From an uncultured delta proteobacterium (lineage in GTDB: Bacteria > Desulfobacterota > Desulfobacteria > Desulfobacterales > B30-G6), in NCBI GenBank assembly GCA_963823335.1, contig CAWGLD010000001.1:1600001-1664000 (forward strand): 64,000 bases of DNA, written 5' to 3'. The number at the start of each line of letters is the position of its first letter. The stretch's first letter is position 1. A program made the translations under genes and the position numbers. Positions 1 to 9,696 of this stretch are shown here, one piece after another. A model generated the notes under the pieces. It made no database searches, was not told the origin of the DNA, and saw only the letters and a program-made list of their open reading frames with translations.

Positions 1-2
1 AT

Positions 3-1298
<1,296 letters not shown>

Positions 1299-1316
1299 TC
1301 GGGAGCGCTTATACGA

Positions 1317-1355
1317 AAACTATAAAATCCCCCGAATCGGGGGATTTTATAGTTT
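1317..1355 (+). terminator. Hairpin downstream of PFOR, probable intrinsic terminator
   Basis: Perfect inverted repeat AAACTATAAAATCCCCCG-aat-CGGGGGATTTTATAGTTT about 19 nt after the stop codon. Confidence 0.75.
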
Positions 1356-1417
1356 AACCCGACCCAATTCAGTGATTTTCGCGACGGCCCTCTGTCTGAG
1401 AACGGGCAGTCATTAAA

Positions 1418-1458
1418 GCGACAAGGTCGCGTTTGATAAAATCGTTATACGATTTTAT
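1418..1458. repeat. Double-hairpin intergenic repeat, copy 1 (others at 35314-35353, 41922-41962, degenerate 38600-38658)
   Basis: GCGAC-aag-GTCGC-gtttg-ATAAAATCGT-tat-ACGATTTTAT. Confidence 0.8.
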
Positions 1459-1565
1459 GGATCAAACAAGTGCTGGTGGCGTGGGCATACAGTTTTTCAT
1501 TTGTGTATAGGCATACATTTTTGGAGACCGGGTTGTGTGTCGACACCATAGGATTGAATACGGAC

Positions 1566-2219
1566 ATGATTCGTCATAAGAATGGACCTTCCGAGAAGAA
1601 GACGCAATGTATTCGTTGTGGTATCTGCTGTGAAAAAGGAGGTCCCTCCTTTCACATCCAGGACCGGAGTCTCATCGAGAACGGGACCATTCACACACGC
1701 TATCTTTACACCATCCGCAAGGGCGAGCTTGTCCACGACAATGTTCAGGGACATCTCAAACCGGCCGATTCCGACATTATCAAGATCAAGGGCAAAAGCC
1801 CTTCGTGGGAATGTGTGTTCTTTCAGAAAAAGGATATGTCCTGCGGCATCTATGACCATCGGCCCCTGGAGTGCCGTCTGTTGAAGTGCTGGGACACTCA
1901 GGATATGGAGGCCGCCTATGAAAAAGACAGGTTGACGCGTCAGGATATCCTGGCCGGGATAGAGGGGCTGTGGGAGCTCGTCACGGGTCATGAAAAGCAA
2001 TGTGGCCATGATGTGATCAATCGTGCCCTCCAGGAGTCCGATGGGGTGTTGACAAAACAGGCCCAGGAGTTGCTAAGTGGTGCCATTCAATATGACAGGG
2101 CCATTCGTCAATTGGTTCTGGAAAACGGCAATGTCACACCCGATATGATCGATTTTTTATTTGGGCGCCCCCTTACGGTGACGCTCAAGGCCGCGGGTAT
2201 CGACACGGATAAGCTATAA
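1566..2219 (+). CDS. YkgJ-family cysteine-cluster (putative Fe-S/Zn) protein
   Basis: CIRCGICC, CVFF, CGIYDHRPLECR motifs. ATG at 1566 preferred over the upstream GTG. Confidence 0.8.
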   Translation: MIRHKNGPSEKKTQCIRCGICCEKGGPSFHIQDRSLIENGTIHTRYLYTIRKGELVHDNVQGHLKPADSDIIKIKGKSPSWECVFFQKKDMSCGIYDHRPLECRLLKCWDTQDMEAAYEKDRLTRQDILAGIEGLWELVTGHEKQCGHDVINRALQESDGVLTKQAQELLSGAIQYDRAIRQLVLENGNVTPDMIDFLFGRPLTVTLKAAGIDTDKL

Positions 2220-2268
2220 GCTATATGCTGTAAGCTCTAAGCAAGCTAAAGGCTTACAGCTTACTGCT
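2211..2268. repeat. Palindromic heptamer-unit repeat (TAAGCNN)n/(NNGCTTA)n
   Basis: aagctataagctatatgctgtaagctctaagc...ggcttacagcttactgcta between convergent genes. Confidence 0.75.
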
Positions 2269-3106
2269 ATCGCTCTCTGCCACCACCCTCGAACCCTTCA
2301 TCTTCATATAATTCCGGTCTTCTGTTGGGAAGGAAATAATGCATGCGGTTGCTGCGAATCGTGTCGAAGGTTTCGGCCTTGAGATCCACGAGGATCATTG
2401 TCTCCCTGCTGCTGAGGCTTTGCCCGATAATGTTTCCGGCCGGATCTAAAACCACGGCATTTCCAGGGAACGTGAGGCCTTTGCCGTTGTAACCCGATTG
2501 GTTACATGCAACCACAAAGACACTGTTGTCATAGGCTCTGGCGGTCAGGTGGCGCATCCAGGACCGGTGTTTGTCGATGGCCATCCCCCTGGGGGAGGCG
2601 TGTGGCAGAAAGAGTATTTCAGCGCCCTTGATGGCCATTTTAGTGCTGAGTTCAGGAAAGTGCGTATCATAGCATAGCTGAACGCCGAAAGTAGATTCCT
2701 TGAAAGTAAAGGTCGGGATGGTATTTCCCGGGCTGTAGATCTCTTTTTCGGGTGGTGCGATGTGGCTCTTGCTGTAAGTCCCCAATTCACCATCCGGCAT
2801 GGCGATCATGTGGGTGGCATATATCCGTCCGTCATTTCTCTTTTCCGCCATGCCGGCCAAAATGAGAAGATTATACGAAACGGCCATACTGGAAAGTTCT
2901 TCACTGACCGGGCCTGGAATCGGTTCCGCAAGACCCCTCAGGGCCTCATGATTGCTGTACCCGGTAATGTTCAACTCCGGGAAGCATATAATGTCTGCTG
3001 CAGCATTGCGGGCTTTTTTGACGAAAGCGATCACTTTGTCCAGATTCTGTCGGGTCTTTCCGACCCTGGCATTGCAGACCACAACCGCGATGCGAAGATC
3101 TTTCAC
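2267..3106 (-). CDS. Carbon-nitrogen hydrolase (nitrilase superfamily)
   Basis: Catalytic triad contexts FPEL, YSKSH and QLCYDTHFPE; ARAYDNSVFV. Confidence 0.9.
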   Translation of the reverse strand: MKDLRIAVVVCNARVGKTRQNLDKVIAFVKKARNAAADIICFPELNITGYSNHEALRGLAEPIPGPVSEELSSMAVSYNLLILAGMAEKRNDGRIYATHMIAMPDGELGTYSKSHIAPPEKEIYSPGNTIPTFTFKESTFGVQLCYDTHFPELSTKMAIKGAEILFLPHASPRGMAIDKHRSWMRHLTARAYDNSVFVVACNQSGYNGKGLTFPGNAVVLDPAGNIIGQSLSSRETMILVDLKAETFDTIRSNRMHYFLPNRRPELYEDEGFEGGGRER

Positions 3107-5970
3107 GCCATTATTTCCTTGATTTTGATGGAGAGGTCTTTCATGCCGTATGGTTTTTGCAGGAAACCACGAAAGCCGCTGTCCATAATTTTTTTCCCTT
3201 GTTCGTCCAGGCTGTAGCCACTGGACAATATGGCCTTTATATTCGGATTGATTTTTTTCAAGCGGACAAAGACGTCCCCGCCGGTCATGCCGGGCATAAT
3301 CATATCCAGAATGACCAGGTCGATGTCATTCCTGTGTGCTGTGTAGGTGTTTATGGCATCTTGGCCGTTGTCAGCCGACAGAACCTCGTATCCCAGGGAT
3401 GTAAGCATTTCTGAACCGACCGTGAGCAGGCTGACCTCGTCATCCACCAGCAGTATGGTGCCCTTGCCGTGGTCGATAGACACGTGGGCTTCTTTGGCCT
3501 GGCTTGAAGTTTTTTCTGATGCCGGCAGATAGATTCTCACCCGGGTGCCCTTTCCCTCTTCCGATGTGACCGTTATATACCCCTTGTAGGACTGGACAAT
3601 GCCGTAAACAGATGCCAGTCCCAGGCCGGTGCCCTTGCCCATTTTTTTGGTTGTGAACAAGGGGTCGAACATGCGTTTTTTGGTTTCGGGACTCATGCCG
3701 ATGCCTGTATCCGAAACCTCGATGAGGATATACGTTCCGGGTTTGGGTCTGAAATTTTCTTCGAGAATCTCTTTGGCGGATTTTTGGGCCAGCTTGAGGT
3801 TCAGGCTGCCGCCTTTGGGCATGGCATCGGACGCATTCACGAACAGGTTGAATAGAACCTGTTCCAGTTGGGTACGATCCGCTTCAATGATCAGCTCGCC
3901 CTCTGGAAGGTCTAACTGCAGCGTGATCTCCTTGCGGGCTCTCCCAAAGGCCTGCGCACTTTCGTTTACCACCTTTGTCAGGTCGAGGGGTTTGACTTCA
4001 TAACTGCCTTTTCTGGCATAGCCGAGAAATTGACTTGTCAATTTGGCACCGCTGTCCACCTGCTGGTCGATATTCTGGATCCTGGCCATTATGGGGTGGT
4101 CGGCATCGAAATCCAGTCTCATCAGGGATAGATTTCCTTTGATAACGGCAAGGAGATTGTTGAAGTCGTGAGCGATGCCCCCCGCAAGCGTGCCGATGGC
4201 TTCCATTTTCTGCGCTTGAAGCAGCTGGGTTTCAAGACGCTTGTTCTCGGAGATATCCCTTATGATGAGAAGCAGCCCCAGGGGGGCGCCATTATGGTCG
4301 TCATGGCGGGACGCGCTGATGAGAACATCCAGAAGGTGACCTTCCTTGGTGTAGCCTTTCGATGCGAGTCCACGACGGGGTTTGCCGATTTCGGCAACCT
4401 CCCTGATCATCGAATGGCAGGTCTCGTATTCGGTCTCGGATATAAAGGCGAGTGGCGAATCCTGCAGCTCTGTGATGGACCACCCGAAAACATTTTCGAA
4501 TTCGGGGCTTATGTATTTGATGCGCCCGGCCAGGTCGCAGGTGGCAATGGCATCTGCCGATGAATGAATCAAAGAACGGTACAGGTGTTCGTCCCGTTTC
4601 GATTCCTTGTAGAGTTTTCTGAAATTCTTTTCGCTCTCCTGCAGTTTTTTAAAGGAATCGGCATTGGCGATTCCTGCCGCGATCTGGGATGCAATTCCAT
4701 TTAGAATAGCGATGTCACTCTTGGTCAGCGGTTTTTGAGAATTCCAGTTGTCCACGGCCAGAATACCGAAAGCCTTCTGGTTGTATACGAGGGGAACACA
4801 GATAAAGGAGGGGGATGCAATGGTTTCGGCAAAAATCTTGCTGCCCATGGAGAGCGAGGAGGTGATTTTATCGACGTCGTCCACGAGAAACGGCCGCTGT
4901 TCTTTTACAGCCTTTACAAACGGCCCCCTGGCCTTGGGGTTTTTCAAGTTGAAGCGGGCCTGCTTCAATATCGCTAACTGTTCTTGGGTATGTCCGTAGC
5001 TTTCCACATATTCCAGGGTACCGGTATCCTCTTGTATCAACATGATCATGGCCCTGTCAAAATTCAAGCGTTTTTGCATGATGGGTATGACCCTGTGGAT
5101 CAGTTGATTCGCATCCAGACTTACCGACGATTCAGATGAGATCTCCTGGATTACAGACATGTCGTTGTAGCGCGCATTGGCGGCGTTGAGGAGATCCTTG
5201 GCAGAATCTCCCTGGGATGTGATGGTTTTGGCCAACTCCCTGTTTCTCAAATGGGTGGCCTTGCAGTAGGCTAGGAGCGTCACCAGGCTGAAAGTCAAGA
5301 ACAGTATCAATGTGGGTGTCATCGAAAACACAAACCCGGAAACAGCGGTCAAGAACAGGGCCGCCAGAAGTGCATATTTGCTGATACGGGTCCATCGTGA
5401 CGACTGGGTTGTTTTCCACGATATGATATAAACACAGGCTTTGTCTCCCCGGTGATAGCATTGCGGATGCTTGATTGTGGCAAAATCGTCGGTAAAGAGT
5501 TTCGGCAAGGACTCAAACGTTCCCATACGGTTGGCACACTGATACGGCTTTTCCTCCACACCGCTGTTGGGGGTGGCTTTGAGTTGCACCTGGTTGGAAC
5601 GGAGGCTCTTCGCCTCGATGCGGGCACCGCGGCTCATGATGCGGTAGAGCTTGCCCGTGGCAAGGTATACCATGGTCGGGCTCATGAGTCCCATGGTGTA
5701 CTCTTTTACAGCGCCGATCTTTTTGGAGAGAATGGTATATCTGCCGGCGTCCCTGGCAAGATTCGGATTGCCGGTTTTTTCCACCAAAATTTCATGCAGC
5801 CGGTCAACCTGGTCCTGGGTCAACCAGTGAGCATGGTCTTCCACTTCATAGCTTTTGATCCCGGCATATTCGAGAAGGGGGGGGATTTCAAGATCAGGGT
5901 AATTGCTGGAAATATATTCCAGATAGGTATTCGAGATGCGGCTGTTGTAGAGGGGTGTGTTGTTGCCCAT
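3103..5970 (-). CDS. Hybrid sensor histidine kinase (N-terminal V4R-like domain, 2 TM, GAF, PAS, HisKA, HATPase, REC)
   Basis: H-box AGGIAHDFNNLL, N-box NLFVNASDAM, G-boxes DTGIGM and GKGTGLGL, REC VDDE...LDMIMP. Start at ATG 5970 with an AGGAAA RBS; the longer ORF-track start overlaps ahbA. Confidence 0.92.
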   Translation of the reverse strand: MGNNTPLYNSRISNTYLEYISSNYPDLEIPPLLEYAGIKSYEVEDHAHWLTQDQVDRLHEILVEKTGNPNLARDAGRYTILSKKIGAVKEYTMGLMSPTMVYLATGKLYRIMSRGARIEAKSLRSNQVQLKATPNSGVEEKPYQCANRMGTFESLPKLFTDDFATIKHPQCYHRGDKACVYIISWKTTQSSRWTRISKYALLAALFLTAVSGFVFSMTPTLILFLTFSLVTLLAYCKATHLRNRELAKTITSQGDSAKDLLNAANARYNDMSVIQEISSESSVSLDANQLIHRVIPIMQKRLNFDRAMIMLIQEDTGTLEYVESYGHTQEQLAILKQARFNLKNPKARGPFVKAVKEQRPFLVDDVDKITSSLSMGSKIFAETIASPSFICVPLVYNQKAFGILAVDNWNSQKPLTKSDIAILNGIASQIAAGIANADSFKKLQESEKNFRKLYKESKRDEHLYRSLIHSSADAIATCDLAGRIKYISPEFENVFGWSITELQDSPLAFISETEYETCHSMIREVAEIGKPRRGLASKGYTKEGHLLDVLISASRHDDHNGAPLGLLLIIRDISENKRLETQLLQAQKMEAIGTLAGGIAHDFNNLLAVIKGNLSLMRLDFDADHPIMARIQNIDQQVDSGAKLTSQFLGYARKGSYEVKPLDLTKVVNESAQAFGRARKEITLQLDLPEGELIIEADRTQLEQVLFNLFVNASDAMPKGGSLNLKLAQKSAKEILEENFRPKPGTYILIEVSDTGIGMSPETKKRMFDPLFTTKKMGKGTGLGLASVYGIVQSYKGYITVTSEEGKGTRVRIYLPASEKTSSQAKEAHVSIDHGKGTILLVDDEVSLLTVGSEMLTSLGYEVLSADNGQDAINTYTAHRNDIDLVILDMIMPGMTGGDVFVRLKKINPNIKAILSSGYSLDEQGKKIMDSGFRGFLQKPYGMKDLSIKIKEIMA

Positions 5971-5974
5971 TTTC

Positions 5975-6430
5975 CTATAGCTTGAAATGCGCTTTGATCT
6001 TGAAAACGCGCGTTGCCGGTAGATTGAGTATCTCTTCAACACCTGTTTCCTCGGCAATCCGTTCAAGATTGATGTGGATCTCTTCACGGGAGGGAGCGAT
6101 GAAGGTGAACCAGATATTGAAGTGGTTGTTGCGCTGGTAATTATGGGTCACACCCGGGTGTTGGTTGACGATTCGGGTGAAGTGCTGAATTTTATCCTCT
6201 GGCACGGATGCGGCACAGAGGGTGCTGACATAACCTAATTTTTCCGGGACAAAATTTCCACCAATCCGCCGTATGAGACCTTGTTTTCGCATTCTGGATA
6301 CCCGTTCCAGGACATCTGCTTCCTGCAGGTTGAGACTGTCGGCAACCACCCGGTAAGGACTGTGGGTAATGGGGAAGTCGGATTGTATTTGGTTCAGGAT
6401 TTTTTTGTCGATATCGTCAAGCAATGTCAT
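5975..6430 (-). CDS. ahbA: Siroheme decarboxylase alpha subunit (AsnC/Lrp-like fold; alternative heme biosynthesis)
   Basis: IQSDFPI..PY, GLIRRIGG.F, GYVSTLCAA, PGVTHNYQR...NIWFT. Confidence 0.85.
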   Translation of the reverse strand: MTLLDDIDKKILNQIQSDFPITHSPYRVVADSLNLQEADVLERVSRMRKQGLIRRIGGNFVPEKLGYVSTLCAASVPEDKIQHFTRIVNQHPGVTHNYQRNNHFNIWFTFIAPSREEIHINLERIAEETGVEEILNLPATRVFKIKAHFKL

Positions 6431-6453
6431 GCGGGGTAATCAATCCTTTATTG

Positions 6454-6640
6454 TTAAGCTATAAGCCATAAGCGGTAAGCTATGAGCTGCTCACGGCTTA
6501 TGGCTTATGGCTTAAACAGCACAAATCGCCATGGGATCACCCATTTCTCTCTATATAGGGTGAAACCCGAAAGTTGCGTTATCGCTTACAGCTATTAGCT
6601 AACCCTTTAACCCTCCAAACCTCAGACCCTTCAACCCTGG
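6454..6640. repeat. Heptamer palindromic repeat plus C-rich AACCCT-like units
   Basis: ttaagctataagccataagcggtaagctatgagc/tgctcacggcttatggcttatggcttaa hairpin, then aaccctttaaccctccaaacctcagacccttcaaccc. Confidence 0.75.
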
Positions 6641-6643
6641 TTG

Positions 6644-7045
6644 TTAAGCCATCAGCCTGACATGCAGCTTCCGGGTTCGGGGTCCATCGAATTCACAGAA
6701 GAAAATTCCCTGCCACGTTCCCAGCACCAGCTGTCCGTTCTCAATGGCAATCATCTCTGAAGCGCCCACCAGGGTTGATTTGATATGTGCCGGTGAATTT
6801 CCTTCCAGGTGACGATAGCCTGCTTTCCAGGGAATGACCTGGTTGAGCACCATCAATATGTCTGAGGGGACACTGGGGTCGGCACTTTCGTTGATTGTCA
6901 CCGCGGCAGTTGTGTGGGGGACGTAAAGAAAACAGAATCCATCCTGGATATCATGGGATTGCAGCGCTGTCCTTACCTTGCTGGTAATATCGATGAGTTC
7001 TGTCTGCTGTTTTGTTTTAATGGTCAGGATCATTACATTTCCCAT
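6644..7045 (-). CDS. yjbQ: YjbQ/UPF0047 family protein (secondary thiamine-phosphate synthase)
   Basis: HTTAAVTINE.ADP, HLEGNSPAHIKS, LGTWQGIFFCEFDGPR. Confidence 0.9.
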   Translation of the reverse strand: MGNVMILTIKTKQQTELIDITSKVRTALQSHDIQDGFCFLYVPHTTAAVTINESADPSVPSDILMVLNQVIPWKAGYRHLEGNSPAHIKSTLVGASEMIAIENGQLVLGTWQGIFFCEFDGPRTRKLHVRLMA

Positions 7046-7081
7046 GAAATATCCGGACTGGCCGGTCCTGTGAACGGGTTC

Positions 7082-7116
7082 AAAAAAAAAGGCTCTGCAG
7101 GAGCTGCAGAGCCTTT
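7082..7116 (-). terminator. Intrinsic terminator of dsrC
   Basis: GGCTCTGCAG/CTGCAGAGCC 10-bp stem followed by U9 on the minus strand. Confidence 0.85.
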
Positions 7117-7158
7117 CTCATGAACGATTACAGTCAATCGATTTTACCTGTCAGGTGC

Positions 7159-7476
7159 TTATACACACCCGGTTGGTTTCGGAAGACCGGCCATCTTACA
7201 TGCTCCCTTGCCTGGTCCTGACGGGAAGAGCTCATAGATGTGTTTCAGTTTGAATCCAGTCACTTTTGAAAGAACACGAACCATCGGGGCAATTCCGTTT
7301 TTCTCATAGTATTCTCTGAGAACGGTGATAACCTTCTGGTGCTCATCATTCAATTCATCGATACCTTCTTCTTTCTTTACCAACTGAACCCATTCTTGAC
7401 TCCAGTTTTCATAGGAATCAATGAATCCATCTTCGTCAACACCAAATGTTTTACCCATAAATTCTACTTCCGGCAT
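7159..7476 (-). CDS. dsrC: DsrC, sulfur-carrier co-substrate of dissimilatory sulfite reductase
   Basis: 105 aa; C-terminal arm LFPSGPGKGACKMAGLPKPTGCV with both conserved Cys. Confidence 0.97.
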   Translation of the reverse strand: MPEVEFMGKTFGVDEDGFIDSYENWSQEWVQLVKKEEGIDELNDEHQKVITVLREYYEKNGIAPMVRVLSKVTGFKLKHIYELFPSGPGKGACKMAGLPKPTGCV

Positions 7477-7554
7477 TTAACAACCCTCCTTTATTTGATA
7501 ATAGATTTTCTTCTGCCAGGTCTTTTCGACCATAATATTTTTTAGGAAGAATAT

Positions 7555-7583
7555 TTAATAAATGATAAGCGAATCATTGTCAA
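7555..7583 (-). promoter_or_regulatory. Sigma70-type promoter for dsrC with a palindromic spacer
   Basis: Minus strand TTGACA-N17-TATTAA; the spacer region is AATGAT-N6-ATCATT. Confidence 0.55.
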
Positions 7584-7612
7584 CACGAAATATAGTGATG
7601 CCTATCCATAAG

Positions 7613-8467
7613 TTAATATTCTCTGGGTGTCTGATTGATCTGGTCCAGAGTAAACACGGGACCGTCCTTGCACACGAGTTCTTTCCCGATACCGCATCGG
7701 CCACACATACCGAAACCACATTTCATTCGATTCTCCAGGGACATGATGATGTGGTCATGGGCGTAACCTAACTTTTCGAGCACCGGCAGTGTGAATTTGA
7801 TCATGACCGGTGGACCACAGACAATTGCGTAGGTGTCGTCATCGCCCTGGGGTGCTTTCTGCTCCGTCACCGGGGGTGTGAAACCCACATTGTATTCCCA
7901 TCCTTCGGCAGGGGCATCTATGGTGAGATGCATGTTGATGTCATCCCGTTTTTCCCATTCGATCAGTTCATCTTTGTACAGCAGCATACCAGGTGTCCTG
8001 GCACCATAAACGACATCAATATTTCCGAATTTCGGTCGGTTATCGGGATTCAGCATGGTGACGATGGAAGAACGAAGGGTTGTAAATGCAAATCCGCCAC
8101 CGACGATCAGGATATTTTTCCCTTCCAACAGGTCCCAAGGATACCAGTTTCCCAGGGGACCGCGCAAGCCCATGATATCACCGACCTTCATGTTGTGAAG
8201 ATGCGACGTCACCACACCGGCTCTAAATACGGTGAATTTTACAAAACCCTTTTCAACTGGTGAAGAAGCGATGCCAATGGGGATTTCCCCGATACCTGCC
8301 ACGGAAAGTTCTGCAAATTGACCGGCATGGTAGGAAAATTTTTCTTCATCGCCGTCATTCAAAAATACAAACTTGAATGTTTTTAAGCTTTTATCTTCGG
8401 TCGCAATTGCTATGTCATCGATACGGACCGGATAAGGTACATATGGATTTTGCACGTGTTCCTCCAT
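7613..8467 (-). CDS. flxA: FlxA, FAD/NAD(P)-binding subunit with C-terminal [2Fe-2S] (hydrogenase gamma/AsrB-like)
   Basis: RGPLGN, VGGG, VCGPPVM, ENRMKCGFGMCGRC, CKDGPVF. Confidence 0.85.
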   Translation of the reverse strand: MEEHVQNPYVPYPVRIDDIAIATEDKSLKTFKFVFLNDGDEEKFSYHAGQFAELSVAGIGEIPIGIASSPVEKGFVKFTVFRAGVVTSHLHNMKVGDIMGLRGPLGNWYPWDLLEGKNILIVGGGFAFTTLRSSIVTMLNPDNRPKFGNIDVVYGARTPGMLLYKDELIEWEKRDDINMHLTIDAPAEGWEYNVGFTPPVTEQKAPQGDDDTYAIVCGPPVMIKFTLPVLEKLGYAHDHIIMSLENRMKCGFGMCGRCGIGKELVCKDGPVFTLDQINQTPREY

Positions 8468-8508
8468 CTATTGTAAGTATACGAAATTGCAAATTATCGA
8501 GATACTAA

Positions 8509-9573
8509 CTACTCCTGTACCGCACAGACCAGTTCATTCGCTCCATGATCGTTCATCAAAGCACAAACCCTTCGGATGTCGATGTTGACCGGACACTGGT
8601 TGACACACCGGCCGCAACCGACACACATGATGCCCTGGTCGTATTTGTCTACAAAATACTTCAATTTATGCATAAAGCGCTGGCGGACCCGCTGAAGTTT
8701 GGTGCTCCGGGGGTTATGCCCGGTGGTATGCAGGGTAAAGAGCGGGAACATACAGCTGTCCCAGTTCTTGAAGCGTTTCCCTGACTTACCGCGAATTTCG
8801 TCCTGAAGATCGAAGCACCAGCAGGTGGGACAGGCGTAGGTACAGGTGCCGCAGTTGAGACAGGCAAACGAAACCTCCTCCCAGAAAGAAGCCCCGTGCA
8901 GATCCAGGATGTCCTGACCTTTGAGATTGTCCGTTGCGATGGTGGATGTGATTTTAGCTTCCGCTGCTTTCTTTTTTGCATCGAAAAGCGTTGTGTCTTC
9001 ATCGACCGCGTCCAGGCCTGCAGCAGCCAGGAACTTTTCGCCTTTCTCCGTCAAAATTCTGATCAGATAGGTTTTTTCTTCGTCCACCAGGAGCAGATCG
9101 AGACCTTCCTCGTGGTAAGGGCCGCATCCTGCAGAGGTGCAGAAACAGGTGCTTTTTGGTGTATCACAGGCCAGGCCGATGAAGGTCGTATTTGCCAATG
9201 CTTTGACCCAATATGGATCCTTGTACTCGGGTGTATCGAAATTGAGGTTCACCAGGGTCACGGCTTTGGCGTCACAGGGTCGAATACCCAGAACCGCCCG
9301 GGGAGTCGTATCCGTCTCAATAGCTTTCATGACATGGTGATCTTCATCACGCGAATCAAGGGAATACTCGACAATGGCTTCGGATTGCGGGAAAAGGAGT
9401 GATTTGGGTGACAGGCGTGTGTTCAGAAACGAAAAATCGGGTTGTTCACCCTTTTTGAGCTCCTTGAAACGATAATAGGTATCTTCCTTGACCGGTCCCA
9501 ACAATCGGAAGGATTTTCTCAGCGTATCCAATCCTTTTGCCCACTGTTTTTTATCGACTTTCACTAATTTCAT
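8509..9573 (-). CDS. flxB: FlxB, 4Fe-4S dicluster subunit (AsrA/hydrogenase beta-like)
   Basis: GIRPCD, CFC, CLNCGTCTYACPTCWCF, WDSCM, RQRFMHK, CVGCGRCVNQCP. Confidence 0.85.
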   Translation of the reverse strand: MKLVKVDKKQWAKGLDTLRKSFRLLGPVKEDTYYRFKELKKGEQPDFSFLNTRLSPKSLLFPQSEAIVEYSLDSRDEDHHVMKAIETDTTPRAVLGIRPCDAKAVTLVNLNFDTPEYKDPYWVKALANTTFIGLACDTPKSTCFCTSAGCGPYHEEGLDLLLVDEEKTYLIRILTEKGEKFLAAAGLDAVDEDTTLFDAKKKAAEAKITSTIATDNLKGQDILDLHGASFWEEVSFACLNCGTCTYACPTCWCFDLQDEIRGKSGKRFKNWDSCMFPLFTLHTTGHNPRSTKLQRVRQRFMHKLKYFVDKYDQGIMCVGCGRCVNQCPVNIDIRRVCALMNDHGANELVCAVQE

Positions 9574-9696
9574 AATCAGTTGCCCTTAAATAGGTTTTTG
9601 ACTCGTATTCCAGCAGCTTTCTATCTGATGTTTAATCCGTTTTTCAAATCATAAGAGCCGCAAAGCGGCGTTCCATCATATCGTGAAACGAGATGA

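Noticed and set aside
5971-6087. N-terminal extension of the kinase ORF to 6087
   Set aside because: It overlaps ahbA in another frame; ATG 5970 has an RBS and fits the operon spacing.
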